DNA of 64,000 nucleotides from positions 32,001-96,000 of the forward strand of contig CAWJBB010000061.1 in NCBI GenBank assembly GCA_963840855.1, in the 5' to 3' direction. The stretch is from an uncultured delta proteobacterium. Its GTDB lineage: Bacteria > Desulfobacterota > Binatia > UBA9968. The notes under the pieces are model-generated. The model was not told the DNA's origin and did not search any database. It was given only the letters and a program-made list of their open reading frames with translations. Shown in pieces: positions 20,552-28,349 of the stretch (its first letter is position 1; each line of letters opens with the position of its first letter). Position numbers and translations under genes: made by a program.

Positions 20552-20710
20552 ATGAACTCTACGATTTACGTGATCACCGGCGTGTTCCTCGTCATCTTGG
20601 GCGTCGTTGGTATCTACTACATTCGCCAAGCACCCGGATTAGCTCTCTTCGCTTCGATGGGTCTGCTTGCGGGAATCGCGATGATAGCCAAGGCCAACAA
20701 GAAATTCTGA
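20552..20710 (+). CDS. Small two-helix membrane protein (52 aa)
   Basis: Strong AAGGGAGG SD. Two hydrophobic segments and a basic tail. Confidence 0.7.
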   Translation: MNSTIYVITGVFLVILGVVGIYYIRQAPGLALFASMGLLAGIAMIAKANKKF

Positions 20711-20859
20711 GTTAGACGCGCACCGCATTGACCGCTGTCTCTTTTGCTTTTCGGGACTGCGTGCGATGTATCGAGCGCGGCAAAGATTTGGCAGAAGATC
20801 GTGATTCTGGATAGCCTTGCTATTCGCGGCGACACGCTTCTCGGAACACGGGTCGATCT

Positions 20860-20914
20860 GTTCCAATAGTTCCAATCGTTCCAGCCGTTCCAAACGTTTT
20901 GAACGCTTTGAACC
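20860..20914. repeat. 9-nt-period palindromic repeat (GTTCCA / TTGAAC)
   Basis: gttccaata gttccaatc gttccagcc gttccaaac gttttgaac gctttgaac, between convergent genes. Confidence 0.75.
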
Positions 20915-20929
20915 TAATTTATGCGCCCG

Positions 20930-22507
20930 TCAGCTCATCTGCTCCTTCACTTGATATTTCCCCTCCCCGTCTTGCGTAATCTTTCCCTCTTGATGCAGCT
21001 GGCCCACGGCCGTGGCGATGGCCCGATATTCCACTTGCGGGAATTGATCCAGTAGATCGGCGAAGAAGCAGTGGGAGTTTTTAAGAGCCGCGAGAATTTT
21101 CTCCGATAGCGTCTCGACAGTTTCAGATCGCTTTGCCTCGGCTCTTTCCTTCGCGGGCTCAGCGACTTCGCCCAGGTAGTTATTCAAATTCACTTTGCCT
21201 TGATTGAAATAAACGATCCGGTTGTAGCGGCTGCGCGGCACGTCGTCGGGAATCGTCGCGTCGATGCCCATCTTGGCCGTGGTCGGAATGCGCCCCGGAG
21301 TCGGTACCAGCGACGGGTCTAATGGTTTCGAGCGCGCGTTGGAAACGATCAATACGTCTTTGTCCGCCTGAACACGGGTGGCGATCGCCCACTCGACGTC
21401 CGTGGGATCGAAAACGTCTATATCATCATCGACGATGGTGACATGCTTGATATCCGCGATGGAAAGCAAAGCCATGATGGCGTTTTTGCCGTCACCCGGA
21501 ACCTTCTTGATCGCCGCAACGATATGCCAGTGACAGCAGCCGCCGGGAGTCACGTTGACCGCCGTCGCCTGCACGCCCGCTTCGTGCAACACGCGCCACG
21601 CGGCGGCCTCGTAAATCGGCGCTGACATCCAGATATTCTCCCACGGCATGTGCAGCGCGTAGTAGATTGGGTCTTTGCGGTGCATGATCGCTTTGATCCG
21701 CACATGCGGGTTTTTGTGAATGCCGCCCATGAGTCGGTTGAATTCACAAAACGGCCCTTCGGGGTAGACCCAGCCGTCGGGAAGAATTTCTCCTTCCAGG
21801 ACGATTTCCGCGTCGGCGATACAGGGAACCGGAATCGTTTCGCCGTCGGCTAATTGGAGCGGCTCACCGCGCAGGCCGCCGGCGAAGGTAAGCTCGTTAA
21901 CGCCCAGATTGGCCTTGAAGGTGGAAGCGACGCACTCGTAGGGATGGGTGCCGATGGAGATGGAAATCGGCAGCGGCTTTTTCTTTGCCATGGCCCGCTC
22001 GGTAAACCTGCGCAAGTTATTGGGCGTGACGATGTCGATGCCCGTCACGTTCTTTTCTTTGAGCATCAGCCGATACATGCCGGCGTTCATGCCGTGCTCG
22101 GGATCTTCGGCGATGACGACTCCGCCGGTGATCATAGGCCCGCCGTCCATGATGGAAAAGATCGGCACCGGCAGATCGAAGACGTTGACCTCGTTCTTCG
22201 TCAAAATCACGTCTTTGACCGGCGCGCGCTTGACGCGCTCGGGTTCGATCGGGTGATCCATCGCGTTGCGCAATTTCTCTTCGATCTTTTCGTAGGGAAC
22301 GCCCATGCCGATGGCCAAACGATTGCGCGATTGCAGCAGTCCGGAAACCACCGGCATCGAGTAGCTGCGGACCTTCTTGAAAAGCAGGGCCTTTTCGGCC
22401 TGCGCCACTAGGGCCGCGATATCGCGCGCGTCCGTAGGTTTGGCGATCTCAATCAGCTCGTCACTCTTCGTCAAATCGGCCAAGTAGCTTCTAAAACTCG
22501 CCGCCAT
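20930..22507 (-). CDS. UbiD family prFMN-dependent decarboxylase with a C-terminal extension
   Basis: DGGP.IT, NAGMYRL, EIVLEG, EGPF.EF, VDDDIDVFD..DVEWAIATR and KMGIDAT motifs. Confidence 0.92.
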   Translation of the reverse strand: MAASFRSYLADLTKSDELIEIAKPTDARDIAALVAQAEKALLFKKVRSYSMPVVSGLLQSRNRLAIGMGVPYEKIEEKLRNAMDHPIEPERVKRAPVKDVILTKNEVNVFDLPVPIFSIMDGGPMITGGVVIAEDPEHGMNAGMYRLMLKEKNVTGIDIVTPNNLRRFTERAMAKKKPLPISISIGTHPYECVASTFKANLGVNELTFAGGLRGEPLQLADGETIPVPCIADAEIVLEGEILPDGWVYPEGPFCEFNRLMGGIHKNPHVRIKAIMHRKDPIYYALHMPWENIWMSAPIYEAAAWRVLHEAGVQATAVNVTPGGCCHWHIVAAIKKVPGDGKNAIMALLSIADIKHVTIVDDDIDVFDPTDVEWAIATRVQADKDVLIVSNARSKPLDPSLVPTPGRIPTTAKMGIDATIPDDVPRSRYNRIVYFNQGKVNLNNYLGEVAEPAKERAEAKRSETVETLSEKILAALKNSHCFFADLLDQFPQVEYRAIATAVGQLHQEGKITQDGEGKYQVKEQMS

Positions 22508-22628
22508 GTATCGCTCCTCTCCTGTTGGCAGGCCTCAGCCAACCACGGATGAAAAAGTGTGTCAATCTAAGCTTCCCGCTTTCGCATTCAACTATGCGTA
22601 TGTTATAGAGAGCGCAGGGAGCGTCTTG

Positions 22629-23627
22629 ATGGGTTCATTCGGACTGACATTAGCCAACCGCGGCGTCATCATCGGCGCGGTGACGGTTCCCGAGCTCTTC
22701 GATATGGCGAAGCGGGGCGAAGACTCCAGCGCGTTCAGCGCCGTTTGGGTGGGCGACAGCTTGCTCGCCAAGCCTAGGCTTGAATCCATCGCTTTGCTTT
22801 CCGCGCTGGCGGCGCTCACCAAAAAGGTCAAGCTGGCGGTGGGCTGCATGGCGACCTTTCCGCACCGCCATCCGGCGCTGCTGGCGCAACAATGGGCCAG
22901 TCTCGACGTGATCTCCAACGGCCGCTCCTGGCTGGCGGTTTGCCTCGGTGGCCCCAATGAGCAAAGTCCCGCGCAAGCGCTTGAGCACAAAGTCATGGGT
23001 ATCAAAGACACCGAGCGCGTCGGCCGGCTTGAAGAAGGTATAACGATCCTGCGCAAGCTCTTTCATCAAGAAAAGGCCTCGCACAAAGGCCGCTTCTACG
23101 AATTCGACGGCGTCACCATTCAGCCCCGTCCGGTGCAAAACCCCATGCCGATTTGGATTGCCAGCAATCCCACGGGCTTGACTTGGAAGGACGGCGCCAG
23201 CGCACCGTCAGCCGCAGTTGAAAAAGGTCTAAGGCGCGTGGCGAAATTCGCCGACGGCTGGATGACCAACAAAGTAACGCCCGAGGATTTCAAATCGCAG
23301 TGGAGGCGCATTCAGGCGATGGCGAAAGAAGAAGGCCGCGATGCCGCGAAGATCGGCAGCGCCCTCTATCACAACATCACCATCAACGATAACCGCCAGG
23401 CCGCCCTGGATGAGAGCAAAGCGTTCCTGGACAAGTACTACACTTCGAACTTCAGCATGAAGTTCGTCGAGGGCTTTACCACGGCGGGGAGCCCCAAACA
23501 ATGCATTGACGAGTTGAGAGCTTACTTCGACGCCGGCATCGAGCATATCACGCTCAGAATGACGTCCTGGGACCAGACCGGCCAGTTGAATAGGTTTCTT
23601 AGCGAAGTAGTGCCGGCGTTTAAATAA
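22629..23627 (+). CDS. LLM class flavin-dependent oxidoreductase
   Basis: VWVGDSL, RHP.LLA.QWASLD.ISNGR, QPRPVQ.PMPIWIA and ADGW motifs. Confidence 0.92.
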   Translation: MGSFGLTLANRGVIIGAVTVPELFDMAKRGEDSSAFSAVWVGDSLLAKPRLESIALLSALAALTKKVKLAVGCMATFPHRHPALLAQQWASLDVISNGRSWLAVCLGGPNEQSPAQALEHKVMGIKDTERVGRLEEGITILRKLFHQEKASHKGRFYEFDGVTIQPRPVQNPMPIWIASNPTGLTWKDGASAPSAAVEKGLRRVAKFADGWMTNKVTPEDFKSQWRRIQAMAKEEGRDAAKIGSALYHNITINDNRQAALDESKAFLDKYYTSNFSMKFVEGFTTAGSPKQCIDELRAYFDAGIEHITLRMTSWDQTGQLNRFLSEVVPAFK

Positions 23628-23649
23628 GAATTTCAGGCGGTCCAAAAGA

Positions 23650-24423
23650 ATGTTTCAAGGCATCGATCACCTGGTCATCGCCGTCAACGATCTCGATCAA
23701 GCGGCCAACGACTACCGCCAGCTCGGCTTTACCGTGGTGCCCGGCGGCAAGCATCCCGTGGGCAGCCACAACGCGCTGGTCGCCTTCGAAGACGGCTCCT
23801 ATCTCGAAATCATCGCATTTTACCGCGAGGCCCTCGATCACCGCTGGTGGGACCCATTACAAAAGGGCGAACGGCTGGTGGACTATTGCATGCAGACCGA
23901 TGACCTCGCCGGCGACACGCGCAAACTGCGCGAGTGTGGCGTGGCGATCAACGATCCCGTGCCCTGGTCGCGCATCCGTCCGGACGGTCACGAGCTTGAA
24001 TGGCTCCTTTCCCTCGCCACGGGCTCGCACCGCGGCGTGGCGCCTTTTCTCATTCAAGACGTGACACCTCGAGAAGAACGCATCCCACGCCACCGGGAAC
24101 ATGAAAACGGCGCCGCGGGTATCGGTACACTGACCATCGCCGTTGGCGAAATATCGAAAATCGATCATTGGTACCAGACCATTCTGGGACGCCAGCCCCA
24201 ACCCGTGGTCGACGACGCGCTGGAAGCCCAGGGATTATGCTTTAAGGTCGGTCCGCACCAGATCGAATTCATGATGCCGGTCACGCCGGATAGCCCGCTG
24301 GTCAACTGGATGAAACAATACGGCCCGTCGCCCTACGCCGCCACCCTGCGCACCAAGCGCAACGAGCCTCTGCTATTCGATCAAAAGCTGCTGCACGGAG
24401 CGGATCTTTCCTTTGGCATCTAA
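23650..24423 (+). CDS. VOC family protein (glyoxalase-like)
   Basis: IDHLVIAV.DL, LGF.V.PGGKHP.GSHNALV.F.DGSYLEI and PFLIQ motifs. Confidence 0.88.
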   Translation: MFQGIDHLVIAVNDLDQAANDYRQLGFTVVPGGKHPVGSHNALVAFEDGSYLEIIAFYREALDHRWWDPLQKGERLVDYCMQTDDLAGDTRKLRECGVAINDPVPWSRIRPDGHELEWLLSLATGSHRGVAPFLIQDVTPREERIPRHREHENGAAGIGTLTIAVGEISKIDHWYQTILGRQPQPVVDDALEAQGLCFKVGPHQIEFMMPVTPDSPLVNWMKQYGPSPYAATLRTKRNEPLLFDQKLLHGADLSFGI

Positions 24424-24513
24424 CGGCATCGCGGTTTCCTTACTCGCATCCTCTTCAGCGTAAGCCGTCGTTAAGCGTAATCCATAACAAGCATTAGGAC
24501 CACACTAAAAACC

Positions 24514-24960
24514 ATGACGCCATCCGATGCGGCCAGTTTCAACGTCACTTCCTATCGGGTTATTTACGGCGACACGGACAAGATGGGCATCGTCTATTAC
24601 GCCAATTACTTGCGCTGGTTCGAGCGCGGGCGCTGCGAGTTCCTGCGCCAGTTGGGTGTGCCCTACGGAGATATCGAGGCGCGCGGCATTCATTTTCCCG
24701 TCGTCGAAGCCAGCTGCCGCTACGTCAAACCGGCGCATTACGACGATGTGGTGTTGATCGAAACCAGGCTCGATTCGCTGAGCCGGAGAACGCTGATTTT
24801 CAGCTACCGCATTTTGCGCGAGGGCGAAGACGTGGCGCTGGCCACCGGCTCAACCAAGCATGCTTGCGTCGACGGCGCGGGAAAGGTTTTAACAACCCCG
24901 ACCGATCTGGTGCGGATATTGGAACAGGCAGTGGCGCAAGAAACGTCGGGGAAAGTGTAG
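24514..24960 (+). CDS. Acyl-CoA thioesterase (YbgC/FadM family)
   Basis: RVIYGDTDKMGIVYYANYLRWFE.GR. Confidence 0.92.
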   Translation: MTPSDAASFNVTSYRVIYGDTDKMGIVYYANYLRWFERGRCEFLRQLGVPYGDIEARGIHFPVVEASCRYVKPAHYDDVVLIETRLDSLSRRTLIFSYRILREGEDVALATGSTKHACVDGAGKVLTTPTDLVRILEQAVAQETSGKV

Positions 24961-24981
24961 CGGCGAGCACACCGCGTGTGC

Positions 24982-25106
24982 GGTTCAAAAGTTCAACATT
25001 CAAGGGCTTCGTACGTTCGTTCAACGTTTAACGTCCCCCACGTCCCAACCTTGAACTTAGCGAAACCTTGAACCGCGCCAAAGGCGCCACGTCGAACTTT
25101 GAACCA
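24982..25106. repeat. GTTCAA/TTGAAC palindromic repeat region between convergent genes
   Basis: ggttcaaaagttcaac ... gtcgaactttgaacc terminal inverted match, with further internal units. Confidence 0.6.
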
Positions 25107-25158
25107 GTAGACGGATTAACCGTGCTCGGAGGAGCCTGGCCCGGGGACACCAGGTACC

Positions 25159-26328
25159 TCAATCGTGACCTTGATCATGACCGCCGCATTCGGCAATCGC
25201 CTGCTCGAGTTCGTCTTTTACTTCCGGATCACCTTCAAGGTCCAACCGCTCGCGCAACGCCCGCGCCGCATGGTCGCCGCCAATCCGTCCCAGCGCCCAA
25301 GCCGCATGGCCGCGCACCAACGGCTCATCGTCAAGCAGCGCCAGCACCAGCGCGGGCACGGCCTCTGGAGAACCGCTGTTACCCAGCGCCACCGCGACGT
25401 TGCGCAGGAAACCGCGGCGCTTGGCGCGCCGCACCGGACTGCCGCGAAAGCGGCGGCGAAATTCCTCCTCGCTCAGCGACAGGAGCTCGGTCAGCTCGGG
25501 AGCATGGAGCCCGTCCCTGGGCTCGAAGGCCGCCTCGGTACTGGGCCGCGCCTTGACATTGTATGGGCAGATCTCCTGGCAGATATCGCAGCCAAAGACG
25601 TGATTGCCGATAAGCGGCCGGAGATGGCGTGGCATCCAGCCCTTGATCTCGATGGTCAAGTAGGAAATACAGCGGCGCGCGTCTAAAATATACGGCCCGA
25701 CGAATGCCTGTGTCGGGCATGCTTTTATGCACAGATCGCAGCTACCGCAGCGGTCGCGTATGGGCTTGTCATAAGCGAGAGAAACGCTCAGAAACAGCTC
25801 GCCGAGAAAGAACCACGAGCCTTTTTTCGGTGATATCAGGTTTGTGTTTTTGCCGATCCAGCCGAGCCCCGCCACGCCGGCAAAGTTCCGCTCCAACACC
25901 GGCCCCGAGTCGACAAAAGCCCGGCCCTCCACTGGCCCATCGTAGAAGCCTATGATTTTCGCGAGCAGGGAATCGAGCCTGCGCGTCATCAGCTCGTGAT
26001 AATCATCACCCCAGGCATATCGCGAAATCCAACCCCTGGTTCCCTTCGCCTGCCCTGGACGGTCATAGGCGGTATGATAATTCAAACCCAGGGAAACCAC
26101 TGACACCGCCCACGGAACAAGCTCCTCAGGCCGGCGGCGCAAATCGGCCGTGCGCGCCATATAACCCATCTCGCCGGCAAATCCCCGGCGCAACCAATCG
26201 GCAAATGAGCTTTCATGGGCCGGCGGGCGGACGGGGGAAATGCCTACAAGCTCGAAACCCAGACGCTGCGCTTCCTCTTTGATCCTGAGTGACAACGCAG
26301 CTATGGTATGAGCGGGCATAGAATTCAT
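25159..26328 (-). CDS. queG: tRNA epoxyqueuosine(34) reductase
   Basis: ISRYAWGDDYH, FVDSGPVLER, two ferredoxin-type Cys clusters (CGSCDLCIKACPT and GCDICQEICP) and a HEAT-repeat tail. Start approximate. Confidence 0.95.
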   Translation of the reverse strand: MNSMPAHTIAALSLRIKEEAQRLGFELVGISPVRPPAHESSFADWLRRGFAGEMGYMARTADLRRRPEELVPWAVSVVSLGLNYHTAYDRPGQAKGTRGWISRYAWGDDYHELMTRRLDSLLAKIIGFYDGPVEGRAFVDSGPVLERNFAGVAGLGWIGKNTNLISPKKGSWFFLGELFLSVSLAYDKPIRDRCGSCDLCIKACPTQAFVGPYILDARRCISYLTIEIKGWMPRHLRPLIGNHVFGCDICQEICPYNVKARPSTEAAFEPRDGLHAPELTELLSLSEEEFRRRFRGSPVRRAKRRGFLRNVAVALGNSGSPEAVPALVLALLDDEPLVRGHAAWALGRIGGDHAARALRERLDLEGDPEVKDELEQAIAECGGHDQGHD

Positions 26329-26516
26329 CGTGGCAGTACGGCTGGCGCAGCGGCAAAAGCAAAAATGCGGCGCAGCGCGAAACGATTCTAACTGTAGTCT
26401 TAGACGAGGTACAACAAAAAGCCGCGGGCGGTGTGCCCGGAACAATATTTTCGATGTTGAGTCTAAAGTCGTAACCCAAGACCCTAGACTCAAGAGCCGG
26501 GACAATTCCCGTATGT

Positions 26517-26963
26517 TCAGTGCAAGAAGGTATCGCTGTCGGGGCCAGGCTCTTCCTCATCAAGCAAAGCACGCCGCCCGGCAAAGCCATCCTCTATACG
26601 GTGCCAATGGCTCACCGCCTGTTCGCCCAATTGCCAGCAGAGGAACACGACCTCCGGCCCGAGCATGCAAGGAAAATCGACGAGCCCTTGTTCGACTCCC
26701 TTGCAGATGCAGCCATAACCGTGAATTTCATCGACCCCAAGCGTTACCTGGTGCAATAGGCGGGCGATGTCCGCATCCTCGCGCAGGCGATCCATCAAAT
26801 TCGGCGCCTCAGGATCGAGTTGCTGGTTCCGGATCACGATTTCGCTCTTGCTCTTGAGGCGCCTGATGTTTTCTAGAATATTTTCCAGCAACGGGCGCAG
26901 CGCCGGCAGCAAGGCGTTGGCTTCCTCGACGGTAAAGAGTTTGGAGAACTGAGAGCGATCCAT
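26517..26963 (-). CDS. DUF2203 family protein
   Basis: FTVEEANALLP, GLVDFP, LCWQLGE and WH...GFAGRR motifs. Confidence 0.88.
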   Translation of the reverse strand: MDRSQFSKLFTVEEANALLPALRPLLENILENIRRLKSKSEIVIRNQQLDPEAPNLMDRLREDADIARLLHQVTLGVDEIHGYGCICKGVEQGLVDFPCMLGPEVVFLCWQLGEQAVSHWHRIEDGFAGRRALLDEEEPGPDSDTFLH

Positions 26964-27025
26964 TGGACTACAATTTTACTTGATGAATGCCGGCTTTTCC
27001 TCGGCTTCGCGCTACTCGATCATTG

Positions 27026-28345
27026 CTATAAACCCATGCCCTTTTTCAGCTCACGCAGCAGCGCGATGTTGTCCGAATGGCCGGTCATGCGCGCGGTGAT
27101 CGCGCCGCGGATAGGCCTTCCCAACAAATAAAAATCGCCGATGATGTCGAGTATCTTGTGACGCGCCAGCTCGTCAGTGAAACGCAGCTCGGTATTTACG
27201 ATCTTCTCGTCATCGATGAGAATTAAATTGCTCAGCCGGCCGCCGGCGGCGAGCCCCATCTTTTCCAGTTGGGCGACGTCTTTAAGAAAACCAAAGGTCC
27301 GGGCTGGTGCAATCTCCTCTTTGAAAGTCTCAGGTCCGCGATGGGCATAAAAATACTCCTGCCGTCCCACCGGCTTTGGGTAACGCAGTTCGTAGCGCAC
27401 TGAAAAAACGTCCGCGGGCTCGATGATAATCGACTCGCCGTCCTCATTGCCCGCCCGGTAACGCCGGTCCACGACGATCTCGCTGCATTCTTCGTCCTGC
27501 TCTTCAATGCCCGCCTCGTCGACAAGGCGGCAAAACTCGATGGCGGAACCGTCGAGGATCGGGATTTCGCTTTGGACTTTTACCAGCAGGTTGGTAATTC
27601 CGTAGCTATGCAAGGTGGCAAGAAGATGTTCGATCGTGGCCACGCTGATACCCTTGTTACGCAGTGAGGTCGCGTACCCGGTAGAGACCACATTGTCGAG
27701 ATGCGCCCGCACCGTGGCGTCCGCCGCGATACCGGTAAACAGGATGCCGCTGTTCGGCGGCAGCGGATGAAGCACCAGGCCGGTTTTGATTCCCGAATGA
27801 AGACCTTGGCCGGAGGTCACGACGCTATGCCCTAGCGTTTTTTGTTTGAGCTGGCCCGCGGTGAGCGCCCACGCAGCTGCTGACGCAGGTTTTTTGGCGA
27901 CTCTTTTTTTGTTTCCTCCGGGCGCGCTTTGGACCGTGCCGCCTGGAACGTCGCCCAAGGCGCGCCGCACGGTTAACAGCAAGCCTTCCAGCGAAAGCGG
28001 CTTTTCGAGAAAATCGAAGGCGCCGAACTTTGTCGCCGTCACCGCCGTGTGAATATTGCCGTGGCCGGAGATCATGACAACGTTCAATTCCGGCTCCTTG
28101 CTCTTGATTTCCTTTAGTAAACCGATGCCATCCGCCTGGGGCATCCAGATGTCGAGTAGAACGAGTCCGGGTTTTTCCTCCTCGATAATATCGAGCACAC
28201 GGGTAACATCGGCGGTGTCCACGACGCGGTAACCTTCGTCGCTCAAGACTTCCCGAACCGATTCCCGGACTCTATCTTCATCGTCCACAACCAGGATCGT
28301 CTGCTCCGCGAGAGTTTCAATCACTCTTCCCCCCTTGCCGGACAA
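27026..28345 (-). CDS. lpxC: Fusion of an NtrX-type receiver domain and UDP-3-O-acyl-N-acetylglucosamine deacetylase
   Basis: Receiver: ILVVDDE, LLDIWMP, MISGHGNI and FDFLEKP. LpxC: QKTL...GQGLHSG, TIEHLLA, EIPILDGSA, IAPARTFGF, RHKILD.IGD and GH..N. One open frame. Confidence 0.92.
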   Translation of the reverse strand: MSGKGGRVIETLAEQTILVVDDEDRVRESVREVLSDEGYRVVDTADVTRVLDIIEEEKPGLVLLDIWMPQADGIGLLKEIKSKEPELNVVMISGHGNIHTAVTATKFGAFDFLEKPLSLEGLLLTVRRALGDVPGGTVQSAPGGNKKRVAKKPASAAAWALTAGQLKQKTLGHSVVTSGQGLHSGIKTGLVLHPLPPNSGILFTGIAADATVRAHLDNVVSTGYATSLRNKGISVATIEHLLATLHSYGITNLLVKVQSEIPILDGSAIEFCRLVDEAGIEEQDEECSEIVVDRRYRAGNEDGESIIIEPADVFSVRYELRYPKPVGRQEYFYAHRGPETFKEEIAPARTFGFLKDVAQLEKMGLAAGGRLSNLILIDDEKIVNTELRFTDELARHKILDIIGDFYLLGRPIRGAITARMTGHSDNIALLRELKKGMGL

Positions 28346-28349
28346 TACT

